Shown: piece by piece, positions 20,248 to 29,624 of the stretch | Numbering within the stretch: the first letter of the stretch is position 1 | Layout of the letters: every line of letters starts with the position of its first letter | NCBI GenBank assembly: GCA_963422645.2 | Contig: CAXXVO010000011.1 | Coordinates: forward strand, 64,001 to 128,000 | Source: Alphaproteobacteria bacterium | Lineage (GTDB): Bacteria > Pseudomonadota > Alphaproteobacteria > UBA828 | DNA: 64,000 nucleotides | Direction of reading: 5' to 3' | The notes under the pieces: generated by a model | The model's database searches: none | Seen by the model: only the letters and a program-made list of their open reading frames with translations | What the model was told of the DNA's origin: nothing | Program-made: the position numbers and the translations under genes

Positions 20248-21363
20248 ATGACAAACGCTACTCCAGATATCGTGGTGTTTGACCGCGTTCAAAAAAGCTA
20301 CGACGGCGAGACTCTGGTCGTCAAGGATCTCAATCTAAGCATCAAGACCGGCGAGTTTCTTACGATGCTGGGTCCTTCTGGGTCCGGTAAGACCACCTGC
20401 TTGATGATGCTGGCCGGATTTGAGCCGGCCACTCATGGCGAAATCTACTTGAACGATCGGCCGATCAATAAGGTTGCGCCTCATCGACGAAATATCGGGA
20501 TGGTCTTTCAGGACTACGCGTTGTTTCCACATATGACAGTGACGGAAAACCTGGCGTTCCCTCTGAAAGTCCGCAGGATTTCCAAATCGGAAGTCGAGGC
20601 GAAGGTCAAGCGTGCGCTCGACATGGTTCGCCTGCCGGAGTTCGGCAGCCGACGGCCCGGTCAGCTATCCGGCGGGCAGCAACAACGCGTGGCGGTAGCG
20701 CGGGCATTGGTATTCGAGCCCGATCTGGTGCTTATGGATGAGCCACTCGGCGCTTTGGACAAGAATTTGCGGGAGGAAATGCAGTACGAAATCAAGCATC
20801 TCCATGAAGAACTCGGCGTGACCGTGGTTTACGTGACTCATGATCAGGCCGAAGCTTTGACCATGTCCAATCGTATTGCCGTTTTTAATGATGGCGTCAT
20901 TCAGCAGCTTGCAAGTCCCAGCGCGCTTTATGAACAGCCGGAGAATGCCTTCGTTGCGCAGTTCATCGGCGAGAACAATCGTTTATGCGGCAGAGTCAAG
21001 GCGGTCGAGGGGCAGCATTGCCAGGTAGATTTGGATGGCGGCGGCACCATTCGTGCCCTCAATGTAAGGGTTGAAGGAGCGGGTTCACGCACGACGCTCT
21101 CGTTGCGTCCCGAGCGCGTCATCATCGCGCCCCATGAAGAGGAAAAGTGCAACAGGATCGTCGGTCGTGTTCAGGAATTGATCTATCTGGGAGATCATAT
21201 CCGTGCGCGGCTGTCTGTCGCAGGAACAGACGAGTTCGTTGTGAAGATTCCGAATACAGATAGGCATGGGGCGTTGCGCGCGGGCATGGACGTTGACCTG
21301 GGCTGGGCTCCAGATGATTGCCGGGCATTGGATGCTCCAGAGGAGGTAGCTGCGCCCGGTTAG
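20248..21363 (+). CDS. Polyamine-type ABC transporter ATP-binding protein (PotA-like)
   Basis: GPSGSGKT, LSGGQQQR, MDEPLGALD and a TOBE domain. Confidence 0.92.
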   Translation: MTNATPDIVVFDRVQKSYDGETLVVKDLNLSIKTGEFLTMLGPSGSGKTTCLMMLAGFEPATHGEIYLNDRPINKVAPHRRNIGMVFQDYALFPHMTVTENLAFPLKVRRISKSEVEAKVKRALDMVRLPEFGSRRPGQLSGGQQQRVAVARALVFEPDLVLMDEPLGALDKNLREEMQYEIKHLHEELGVTVVYVTHDQAEALTMSNRIAVFNDGVIQQLASPSALYEQPENAFVAQFIGENNRLCGRVKAVEGQHCQVDLDGGGTIRALNVRVEGAGSRTTLSLRPERVIIAPHEEEKCNRIVGRVQELIYLGDHIRARLSVAGTDEFVVKIPNTDRHGALRAGMDVDLGWAPDDCRALDAPEEVAAPG

Positions 21364-21448
21364 AGCAGATCAAGGCGCGTCGGCTTGGCCGAGGCGAGGC
21401 TTGAGAACCCGCCGGTGTATCCGGCAAACGAGAGGGGAGTAAGCAGAG

Positions 21449-22552
21449 ATGAGATGGCTATTGAGCACGACTGTCGTTGCCGCTGGCGTCGCGTTGGCAG
21501 CCGGCAGTGCCCAGGCGGTCGACCTCACGATCGTGTCGTGGGGCGGCGCCTATACGGCGAGCCAGCAGAAGGCCTATCACGACCCCTATATGGCGGCGAA
21601 TCCGGACGTCAGCATCGTCAATGACGACAACGCCTCCGAGGGACTGGCCAAAGTAAGAGCCCAGGTCGAATCGGGCAACGTCACCTGGGACATCGTCGAC
21701 ATGGTCGCGTCCGACGCCATTACCGCGTGCGACGAAGGCCTCATCATGGAAATCGATCCGGATACGTGGCTGGCAGCAGCGCCGGACGGGACTCCTGCGT
21801 CGGAGGATTTCTTCGCCGGCACCCTGTCGCCGGGTGGCACCAACTGCTTCATCCCGCAGATCGTCTATTCCACGACTTTCGGCTATCGCACTGACGTCTT
21901 CGAGGGTGAGCAGCCGTCGACAATTGCCGACGTGTTCGATCTCGAGAAATTTCCTGGCAAGCGGTCGTTAGAGAGAAAACCCATCAACAATCTCGAGTGG
22001 GCGCTGGTCGCCGATGGCGTGGCACCCGCAGATGTGTACGACATGCTCAGCACGCAAGAAGGCGTGAAGCGTGCCTTGGCCAAGTTGGATACCATCAAGG
22101 ACCAGGTGGTCTGGTGGACCAAGGGCGCGCAGCCGCCGCAGCTGCTGGCGGACGGCGAGGTCGTCATGGCCTCGGCCTACAACGGTCGTCTCTTCTCGGC
22201 CATCGCCGAAAAGAATCAGCCCATAGCCATGATGTGGGACCGGCAGATTTTCGATCTCGACGGCTGGGTCGTGCCGGTGGGTGTCAAGGATCTCGACGCG
22301 GTGAAGCAGTATCTCCACTTCGCCACCGACACGCAGCGCTTGGCGGACCAGGCGAAGTTCATCTCCTACGGTCCGGCCCGCTATTCGTCGGCGCCATTGG
22401 TGGGCAACCATGCCGATCTCGGCATCGACATGAAGCCCCACATGCCAACCGATCCCAACAATGCCGCGACCATCTTCGACTTCGACTACGTCTGGTGGGC
22501 CGACCACCGGGCGGAGCTCGACGAGGTGTTTAACACTTGGCTCGCCAGGTAG
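21449..22552 (+). CDS. Polyamine-type ABC transporter substrate-binding protein (PotD/PotF-like)
   Basis: Signal peptide; SWGGAY, VESGNVTWD, FDLEKFPGKR and AYNGR motifs. Confidence 0.9.
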   Translation: MRWLLSTTVVAAGVALAAGSAQAVDLTIVSWGGAYTASQQKAYHDPYMAANPDVSIVNDDNASEGLAKVRAQVESGNVTWDIVDMVASDAITACDEGLIMEIDPDTWLAAAPDGTPASEDFFAGTLSPGGTNCFIPQIVYSTTFGYRTDVFEGEQPSTIADVFDLEKFPGKRSLERKPINNLEWALVADGVAPADVYDMLSTQEGVKRALAKLDTIKDQVVWWTKGAQPPQLLADGEVVMASAYNGRLFSAIAEKNQPIAMMWDRQIFDLDGWVVPVGVKDLDAVKQYLHFATDTQRLADQAKFISYGPARYSSAPLVGNHADLGIDMKPHMPTDPNNAATIFDFDYVWWADHRAELDEVFNTWLAR

Positions 22553-22564
22553 CAGAGCCTGAGT

Positions 22565-22595
22565 GGGACGGGACGCACCGAGTGCGTCCCGTCCC
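22565..22595 (+). terminator. 14 bp perfect stem-loop after the binding-protein gene (terminator or mRNA stabiliser)
   Basis: GGGACGGGACGCAC-CGA-GTGCGTCCCGTCCC followed by CATTT. Confidence 0.7.
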
Positions 22596-22636
22596 CATTT
22601 CTCCGAGGCCCTTGAGCAAGACGTAGGCCTGCACGC

Positions 22637-23899
22637 ATGTCGACGGTCGACGATAACGTCCTGCGAACCGCCGATGGCGTGCCATTGAAAACGAGCCTGC
22701 GGCGGGCGACGGCCCGCAGGCGCATTCGTACATTCTTGCTGGTCGTCCCCATTCTGGGGTTCTTACTGATCACATTTGTTTTTCCCGTTATCGATATGTT
22801 GTTTAGAAGCGTCGACAACCAAATCGTTTCGTCGGTGCTTCCCCGCACGACACTGGCAATTCAAAGCTGGGATCCTGGGAGTGGAGAGCTCCCGTCGGAA
22901 GTCGTGTACGAAGCTCTGGTGCTGGATGTTCAAGAGTCATTCAAGGATAAGAGGTTGGGCCGTGCCGGGCGGCGCTTGAATTACGAAAAGTCCGGGGTGA
23001 TGAGCTTGTTCCGGAAATCGGGACGGCGAGCAAAACTCATAACCGATGCCCCCTTCAAGGACCAGGTCATAGCGATTGACGAACGATGGGCAGACCTGGC
23101 AACCTGGCAACTCATTTATCAAGAATCGAGCAAAGTAACCGAAAGCTACTTCTTATCGGCTGCCGACCTTCGGGTTGACTACAAAGGTGAAATATCCTGG
23201 AAGGCAGAAGAACGACGAATATACCTGTTTTTATTCTACCGCACATTGTGGATGAGCGGGCTCATCACGATATTCTGTTTGCTACTCGGCTATCCGATTG
23301 GCTTCCTTCTGGCGACGTTACCGCCACGCCGCAGCAATCTCTTGCTCATACTCGTCCTGCTGCCGTTCTGGACGTCTCTGCTGGTCAGGACGACTGCGTG
23401 GATCGCACTGCTTCAGTCCGAGGGCGTGTTGAATGACTTGATGGTATTCACGGGTATTATTTCCGAAGACGGTCGCCTGCAGATGATTCACAACCAGTTC
23501 GGTACGTTCGTGGCGATGACGCATATTCTCTTGCCGTTCATGATTCTGCCGCTCTACTCGGTGATGAAAACCATTCCGTCCTCATATATGCGCGCCGCAC
23601 GGTCTCTGGGCGCATCGCCATTCACTGGCTTCATCAAAGTCTATATGCCCAATACCGTGCCGGGGATCGGTGCCGGCTGCATTCTGGTCTTCATTCTGTC
23701 GATCGGCTATTACATCACGCCCGCGCTTGTCGGAGGACGAACCGGTACATTCATCTCGAATATCATCGCGCTTCATATAAGCGAGACGTTGAATTGGGGC
23801 CTGGCGGCTGCGCTGGGCGTGATTTTGTTGGCACTCGTCCTGTTGCTCTATTTCCTCTATGACAGGATCGTCGGCGTCGCCAACATGAAGCTCGGATAA
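22637..23899 (+). CDS. Polyamine-type ABC permease (PotB-like, with large periplasmic loop)
   Basis: LLPFWTSLLVRT, THILLPFMILP, EAA-like RAARSLGA, GYYITPALVGG. Confidence 0.9.
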   Translation: MSTVDDNVLRTADGVPLKTSLRRATARRRIRTFLLVVPILGFLLITFVFPVIDMLFRSVDNQIVSSVLPRTTLAIQSWDPGSGELPSEVVYEALVLDVQESFKDKRLGRAGRRLNYEKSGVMSLFRKSGRRAKLITDAPFKDQVIAIDERWADLATWQLIYQESSKVTESYFLSAADLRVDYKGEISWKAEERRIYLFLFYRTLWMSGLITIFCLLLGYPIGFLLATLPPRRSNLLLILVLLPFWTSLLVRTTAWIALLQSEGVLNDLMVFTGIISEDGRLQMIHNQFGTFVAMTHILLPFMILPLYSVMKTIPSSYMRAARSLGASPFTGFIKVYMPNTVPGIGAGCILVFILSIGYYITPALVGGRTGTFISNIIALHISETLNWGLAAALGVILLALVLLLYFLYDRIVGVANMKLG

Positions 23900-23904
23900 C
23901 GCGT

Positions 23905-24753
23905 ATGCCGCCGCCGCTGCACGCAACGCACTCGGAACGAGTTTGGTACTATTCGTTTCGAACGCTGTGTGTGCTGATTTTCATCTTCCTGGTCGGCCCT
24001 ATTTTTGTCATTATACCGCTCAGCTTCAACGAACTTCCTTACTTTACGTTCACGCCGGAAATGCTTGCCTTCGATCCGGCAGGTTACAGCACGAAGTGGT
24101 ACCAAGAGTTTTTTGCGGAGGACTCATGGCAAAGAGCGGTACAAAATAGCTTCCTCATAGCGGTATTTGCCACGCTCATTTCGACATTCCTCGGCACCCT
24201 GGCGGCGCTCGGGCTAAGCCGACCCGAAATGCCTTTCAGAAAAACCATCATGGCGTTGTTGATATCGCCGATGATTGTGCCGCTTATTATCTCTGCCGCG
24301 GGCATGTATTTCTTCTATGCTCGGATCGGACTGGCGTCGACGCACATCGGCGTCATCCTCGCCCATGCCGCATTAGGTATCCCGTTCGTCATTATCACGG
24401 TGACGGCGACCCTGGTGGGCTTCGACCACTCGCTGACGCGCGCGGCCGCGAGCCTCGGGTCGAGCCCGACGCGCACCTTCTTCGTGGTGATCGTGCCGCT
24501 GATCCTACCAGGCGTCATATCGGGCGCGCTGCTCGCGTTCATCACCTCCTTCGACGAGGTGGTGGTCGTGCTGTTCGTGGGCTCGGTGGATCAGCGAACG
24601 ATCCCCTGGAAGATGTTCTCAGGGATTCGCGAGGAAATCAGGCCGACCATTCTGGCGGTCGCCACGCTCCTGGTGGTCATATCGATCGTGCTCTTGACGA
24701 TGGTCGAGCTCTTGCGCCGACGGAGCGAGCGGCTGCGCGGGATTCGCTCGTAA
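23905..24753 (+). CDS. Polyamine-type ABC permease (PotC-like)
   Basis: YSTKWY, SPMIVP, RAAASLG and TSFDEVVV motifs. Confidence 0.9.
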   Translation: MPPPLHATHSERVWYYSFRTLCVLIFIFLVGPIFVIIPLSFNELPYFTFTPEMLAFDPAGYSTKWYQEFFAEDSWQRAVQNSFLIAVFATLISTFLGTLAALGLSRPEMPFRKTIMALLISPMIVPLIISAAGMYFFYARIGLASTHIGVILAHAALGIPFVIITVTATLVGFDHSLTRAAASLGSSPTRTFFVVIVPLILPGVISGALLAFITSFDEVVVVLFVGSVDQRTIPWKMFSGIREEIRPTILAVATLLVVISIVLLTMVELLRRRSERLRGIRS

Positions 24754-24804
24754 CGCAGCGCACGAGCCGGGCCGATCGCGAAGCGCTGAGAGAATCTCCC
24801 AAAT

Positions 24805-24819
24805 GTTCTTGCAATGTTC
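24805..24819 (+). promoter_or_regulatory. Alphaproteobacterial LexA (SOS) box
   Basis: GTTC-TTGCAAT-GTTC matches GTTC-N7-GTTC exactly, 25 bp upstream of the radical SAM gene ATG at 24844. Confidence 0.8.
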
Positions 24820-24843
24820 CATGCTGCCACCTACGCTGTGGCG

Positions 24844-25908
24844 ATGAGGGAGGTGCGCAAGGGGCGAGGGGCGGCGAGCAACCCGAGCGGGCGCTACGAG
24901 CGCCACCGGCGCGATGCCTTCGACGACGGTTGGGATACCATCGACGAGGCACAGGCGCCGCTTCGAACCGAGGTGCGGCCCGATGCCAGCCGCACGGTGA
25001 TCACCCGCAACAACTCGCCCGATCTCGGTTTCGACCGTTCCATCAATATCTATCGCGGTTGCGAGAACGGCTGCGTCTATTGCTACGCGCGTCCCACGCA
25101 TGCCTATCTCGGGCTCTCACCGGGGCAGGACTTCGAGAGCCGCATCTTCGTGAAGCACGAGGCCCCGGCTCAACTCGAGCGCGAACTGGGCCGCCCCGGC
25201 TACGAATGCCGGATGATCGCGATGGGCACCAACACCGATCCCTACCAGCCGACCGAGCGGCGCCTCGCGCTCACGCGGGGCGTGCTCGAAGTGCTGGACC
25301 GCCACGATCATCCTGTCGGCATCGTCACGAAGTCGGCGCTGGTCACGCGCGATGCGGACATCCTCGCCCGGATGGCGCGGCGCCGGCTCGCCACGGTCGC
25401 GCTCTCGGTCACGACACTGGACCGCGACCTCGCTCGCGCCATGGAGCCGCGGGCGTCCACGCCGGCGAAGCGCCTGGAGGCGATCAAGGCGCTGAGCGAT
25501 GCCGGGGTGCCGGTGGGCGTGATGGTGGCGCCCATCGTCCCCGGCCTCACCGACCACGAGATGGAATCGATTCTCAACGCGGCCAGCGAGGCGGGCGCCG
25601 GCCGCGCGGGCTACGTCCTCCTGCGGCTGCCTCTGGAGGTCCGGGAGCTCTTCCTGGAGTGGCTCTCGGTCCACGCGCCCAACCAGGCCAAACGCGTCGT
25701 GTCCCTGTTGCAGGGGATGCGCGCAGGCCGGCTCAACGATGCTAACTTCGGCTCCCGCATGACCGGCGCCGGCCCCTACGCCGACCTGCTGGCTGCGCGC
25801 TTCGCCGCGGCGACGCGCCGTCTCGGACTCACGCGGCGGGGGCCTGACCTCGATACCGGGCGCTTCCGCCCGCCTTCCCGCGACCCGGCGCAACTCACCC
25901 TATTCTGA
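24844..25908 (+). CDS. PA0069-family radical SAM protein (SplB-like, putative DNA repair)
   Basis: GRGAASNPSGRY, CENGCVYC (CxxxCxxC), GTNTDPYQP, LLRLPLEV and C-terminal QLTLF. Confidence 0.88.
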   Translation: MREVRKGRGAASNPSGRYERHRRDAFDDGWDTIDEAQAPLRTEVRPDASRTVITRNNSPDLGFDRSINIYRGCENGCVYCYARPTHAYLGLSPGQDFESRIFVKHEAPAQLERELGRPGYECRMIAMGTNTDPYQPTERRLALTRGVLEVLDRHDHPVGIVTKSALVTRDADILARMARRRLATVALSVTTLDRDLARAMEPRASTPAKRLEAIKALSDAGVPVGVMVAPIVPGLTDHEMESILNAASEAGAGRAGYVLLRLPLEVRELFLEWLSVHAPNQAKRVVSLLQGMRAGRLNDANFGSRMTGAGPYADLLAARFAAATRRLGLTRRGPDLDTGRFRPPSRDPAQLTLF

Positions 25909-25946
25909 GCCGCCGGCTCGCGCGCCATGCGTGTTAGAACGGTTTC

Positions 25947-26585
25947 ATGGCAGGGAGGCGCAAGCAGCGGGAGCAGCCCGATCTCTCGCTGGAACGCACG
26001 GCCGGCGGGCGTGTGGCCGGCGTCGACGAGGCCGGGAGGGGCCCGTGGGCGGGGCCGGTGGTCGCGGCGGCGGTCGTGCTGAATGCCGAGGACTTGCCGC
26101 CACAGCTACGGGCGACGATTACCGATTCCAAGCTGCTCACGGCGGAACGGCGCGCAGCGCTCCAGCCGGCAATCCTGGCCTGCGCCGATGCTGCCCTCGG
26201 CATTGCCAGCGTCGCCGAGATCGACAGCATGAATATTCTTCAGGCTACGCTGCTCGCCATGCGCCGCGCCGTCGCCCGCCTCGCCCACGCTCCCGACCTG
26301 GCACTGGTGGACGGCAACCGCGCGCCCCAGTTGCCTTGCCCGGCGAGGACCGTGGTGGGCGGTGACAGCAAGAGCCTCTCGATCGCCGCGGCCTCGATCG
26401 TCGCCAAGGTGACCAGGGACCGGCTGATGGCGCGCCTCGCGGCAGACTATCCGGACTACGGCTGGGAGCGGAACGCCGGCTACGGCACGGCGAAGCATCA
26501 GGCCGCGCTCGCCCGGCTCGGGCCCTGCGTGCACCATCGGCGATCCTTCCGGCCGATCCGTGAACTCTTGGATGGCCGCTCGTGA
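25947..26585 (+). CDS. rnhB: Ribonuclease HII
   Basis: [41 protein letters not shown] and HRRSF motifs. Confidence 0.95.
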   Translation: MAGRRKQREQPDLSLERTAGGRVAGVDEAGRGPWAGPVVAAAVVLNAEDLPPQLRATITDSKLLTAERRAALQPAILACADAALGIASVAEIDSMNILQATLLAMRRAVARLAHAPDLALVDGNRAPQLPCPARTVVGGDSKSLSIAAASIVAKVTRDRLMARLAADYPDYGWERNAGYGTAKHQAALARLGPCVHHRRSFRPIRELLDGRS

Positions 26586-27115
26586 GCATCCCGGTATCCG
26601 ACGACGACCTCGTTCTCCATCCACCGGGCATTCTGCGCTGGTGCGGTCGCCGCTTCGCCTGCACCATCGGGTGGGGCGGGGTGCGGACCAACAAGCGCGA
26701 GGGCGACGGCGCGACGCCCGCTGGCCGCTTCCCCCTCCGCCGGGTTCTCTATAGGCCCGACCGCTTGGCGCCACCGCGCACGGCGCTTCCCATCGCGCCC
26801 TTGAGCCCGCGCGACGCCTGGTGCGACGATCCCGGCCACCCGCTCTACAACCGGCCGCTGCGCCTGCCCCACCACGCCCGCCACGAAGAGCTGTGGCGGG
26901 CGGACCGCGTCTACGACTTGATCGTCATTCTCGGCCACAACGATGCGCCCGTCGTATCCGGGCTCGGCAGCGCAGTGTTCCTGCACGTGGCCCAGCCGGA
27001 CTACGCGCCGACTGCAGGATGCGTCGCCGTGGCGGCGGGCGATCTGCTGACGATCCTGGCCGGCGTGGACCCCCAGACGTGGCTCCGCGTGCCGCCCGTA
27101 GTGGCTCCGCGTTAA
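26582..27115 (+). CDS. L,D-transpeptidase (YkuD-like) family protein
   Basis: [14 protein letters not shown] and GSAVFLH...PTAGCVA (His/Cys) motifs. Confidence 0.85.
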   Translation: MSIPVSDDDLVLHPPGILRWCGRRFACTIGWGGVRTNKREGDGATPAGRFPLRRVLYRPDRLAPPRTALPIAPLSPRDAWCDDPGHPLYNRPLRLPHHARHEELWRADRVYDLIVILGHNDAPVVSGLGSAVFLHVAQPDYAPTAGCVAVAAGDLLTILAGVDPQTWLRVPPVVAPR

Positions 27116-27825
27116 GGCGTGGGCCGGGTCCCGAATATCGCCGTGCCGATCCTGACGTGGGTGGCGCCGAGCGCGATCGCGGTCCGGTAATCGGCTGACA
27201 TTCCCATGCTGAGGCCTTCGAGCCCGTGGCGCGAGGCGAGCTTCTGCAGCAGCGCGAAGTGGGAGCCGGAATTCTTGGCGGCGGGCGGGATGCACATGAG
27301 CCCGATCACCGGCAGCATCAAATTGTCTCGGCACTGCGCGACCAGCGCGTCGAGGCCATCCGGCAGCACACCGGCCTTCTGTGGCTCGGCGCCGGTGTTG
27401 ACCTGGATGAAACAGTCTGGGCGCTTTCCCTGGCGATCCATCTCGCGGGCGAGCGCTGTCGCGAGCTTCGGCCGGTCGATCGCGTGGATCGCGTCGGCGA
27501 CCGCTACCGCGTCCCGCGCCTTGTTGGTCTGTAGCGCCCCGATATAGTGGAGCACCGCACCGGGCCATTCGGCGCGGAGAGCCTGCCACTTCTCGCTCGC
27601 CTCCTGCACCCTGTTCTCGCCGAAGGTCATGTGGCCGGAGGCGAGCGCGGGCACAATCCGGCTTACAAGGTGACCCTTGGAGACCGCGATCAGCGTAATC
27701 TCGTCCGGGTCGCGTCCGGCAGCGCGCGCCGCGTCCTGGACCTCGGCGGTGACGGCGGCCAGATTGGCCGGGACATCGACGGTCGCCGAGCCGTCTCGGG
27801 CGGGAGCGGGAGATGCGTGCACCAT
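27112..27825 (-). CDS. yggS: PLP homeostasis protein (YggS/PLPBP)
   Basis: LIAVSK, FGENRVQE, IGALQTNK, GLMCIPP, LSMGMS and VRIGTAIFG motifs; start uncertain. Confidence 0.9.
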   Translation of the reverse strand: MVHASPAPARDGSATVDVPANLAAVTAEVQDAARAAGRDPDEITLIAVSKGHLVSRIVPALASGHMTFGENRVQEASEKWQALRAEWPGAVLHYIGALQTNKARDAVAVADAIHAIDRPKLATALAREMDRQGKRPDCFIQVNTGAEPQKAGVLPDGLDALVAQCRDNLMLPVIGLMCIPPAAKNSGSHFALLQKLASRHGLEGLSMGMSADYRTAIALGATHVRIGTAIFGTRPTP

Positions 27826-27847
27826 GGGCACCTGAGTCGAGCGAGCG

Positions 27848-28456
27848 ATGGGAACGCTAGCAGAGGCAGCGGCGAGCCTCAAACGATCGGCAGGGAGCAC
27901 CTTGCCCGCGCTAATCCTGATGACCGACGAGGCGCGGCTCGCCGATCCGCTGCCGGCTGTCCGCGCGCTGCCGGCGGGGAGCGCCATCATCCTCCGCCAC
28001 TATGGCGTGCCGGAGCGCGCAGTGCTGGCCCGAGGGCTGGCCGCCATCGCGCACCGGCGAGGGCTCGTTCTGCTGGTGGGGGAGGACCCCGTGCTCGCGC
28101 GACGCGTCGGCGCGGCAGGTGTCCATCTGCCGGAGCGCGCCATTCGTCGAGCGGGTGCGGTGCGCTGGCAGCGTGACTGGCTCATTACTGCCGCCGTCCA
28201 CTCCCACGCGGCACTGGCGTCGGCTGCGGCTTGCGGCGCGGACGCGGCCCTGCTTTCCCCCGTCTTCGCCACGACGAGCCATCCGGACGCCCGCCCCCTC
28301 GGGCTTCAGCGCTTTGCGGCTCTCGCGCAGGCGAGCCCACTCCCGGTCTATGCTCTCGGCGGCATCGACCGCGCCCATGCGGACCTGTTGTGCGGCAGTG
28401 GCGCCGTCGGCATCGCCGGAATCGGCGGGCTTATACCGCAGAGTCCCAGTCTGTGA
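27848..28456 (+). CDS. Thiamine phosphate synthase-like (ThiE/TenI) protein
   Basis: GVHLP, AVHS, LSPVFATTSHP and VYALGGI motifs. Confidence 0.8.
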   Translation: MGTLAEAAASLKRSAGSTLPALILMTDEARLADPLPAVRALPAGSAIILRHYGVPERAVLARGLAAIAHRRGLVLLVGEDPVLARRVGAAGVHLPERAIRRAGAVRWQRDWLITAAVHSHAALASAAACGADAALLSPVFATTSHPDARPLGLQRFAALAQASPLPVYALGGIDRAHADLLCGSGAVGIAGIGGLIPQSPSL

Positions 28457-28610
28457 GCGCGAAGTGCCGGTCGATTTGGTCAATCAGCGCCTGTAGCGCC
28501 CGTTCGACCGGCCGGTCCCCTGCGTGGACAGTGAGCTCCGGCCGATCCGGTGGCTCGTAGGCCTCGTGGATGATGTATACGTTTTCGGTCTCGAGGGCGT
28601 CGAGGTTGGT
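28431..28610 (-). pseudogene. C-terminal remnant of an adenylylsulfate kinase (CysC/NodQ-like)
   Basis: Hand translation ...HEAYEPPDRPELTVHAGDRPVERALQALIDQIDRHFALTDWDSAV* with no start codon; resembles the APS kinase YExPxxPEL tail. Confidence 0.55.
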
Positions 28611-28645
28611 GCCAACCGTCGGTACCGCTTATTCCTTCTGCTCAA

Positions 28646-29524
28646 TCACGAGTCCGCTTCAGAGCCCTGCGCGCCCTCAGCATCGTTCTTGTAACCGGCT
28701 GGCACATAGCCGAAGCGCTCCATCTGAATGCGGTGTCGCTCCACTACCCGATGGACTTGGATATCGGTGAGAACGTGGCGCCAGCCATCCACCTTCCCCG
28801 CGCGGAAGAACCTTTGCTGCCTCGAGCTACTCTCGACAAAGCCCGAGCGATCCTCTTGAGCGCGTAAGGCTCGGAAGGACGCGTGACGAATGGCCTGCTC
28901 AATGCGCTGCCGCGGCGGCTTGAGGCCCAAGAATCGCGCGATTGCGCGAAAGGTGGGTCCGGGACGGCGACTCATGTCTTCGTAGCGCACAACGTGGGTG
29001 GCGGGATCGGGTCTACCCGTCCAGCTCTCCACATGGGTGGACCAGTCGCAGCGATGTTCAGGCACACTAGTCTCTGATGCAGACGTCGTGAGACCAACGA
29101 TTTCCATTTCGCTAATGACGTCTTCCACAGGGCGGTCGACGTGATCGGCGTAGGAGAGAGCCACGTCGAGAGGATTGCGTACGACGTAAATCGAGCCTGC
29201 GGTGACACTCTGGGTGATCATGTGCGTGCCGTCGACCTCAACAAACGCGTTGTGTGTCTTTACCAAGGCTGTGTCCCGTGCCATCTCGGCGAGGAGCGCG
29301 TGCACTTTGGGCCTAAGGCTTGCAAGATCGGCTTCGCTCAGGTCTTTGGGTGAGCGCGGATCAAGACGTTCATACCAAACCGCATCGCTGTCGACGGGTG
29401 AAAATTCCGACATCCTGTTAATGTCGAAGGGCGTGCTTGGATTGTGTAGCAGGTTCAGAAGGAAGGCGCGCAGCCATGTGTTGCCGGACTTGGGGTAGGA
29501 AGCTAGCCACAGAATTTTGCTCAT
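28646..29524 (-). CDS. PAPS-dependent sulfotransferase
   Basis: ASYPKSGNTW (5'-PSB), KTH, VRNPLDVALS (3'-PB), VRYED and FFRAGKVDGW motifs. Confidence 0.9.
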   Translation of the reverse strand: MSKILWLASYPKSGNTWLRAFLLNLLHNPSTPFDINRMSEFSPVDSDAVWYERLDPRSPKDLSEADLASLRPKVHALLAEMARDTALVKTHNAFVEVDGTHMITQSVTAGSIYVVRNPLDVALSYADHVDRPVEDVISEMEIVGLTTSASETSVPEHRCDWSTHVESWTGRPDPATHVVRYEDMSRRPGPTFRAIARFLGLKPPRQRIEQAIRHASFRALRAQEDRSGFVESSSRQQRFFRAGKVDGWRHVLTDIQVHRVVERHRIQMERFGYVPAGYKNDAEGAQGSEADS

Positions 29525-29624
29525 AGAAGGCGGCCCCTGTCAGGGGTGCAAGGCGGGCATCTAACTGAGGACAGCGCGCGCCAGGACGGTATAGAACGGT
29601 GCGAGGAGGGCGCGCGCCAGCATC

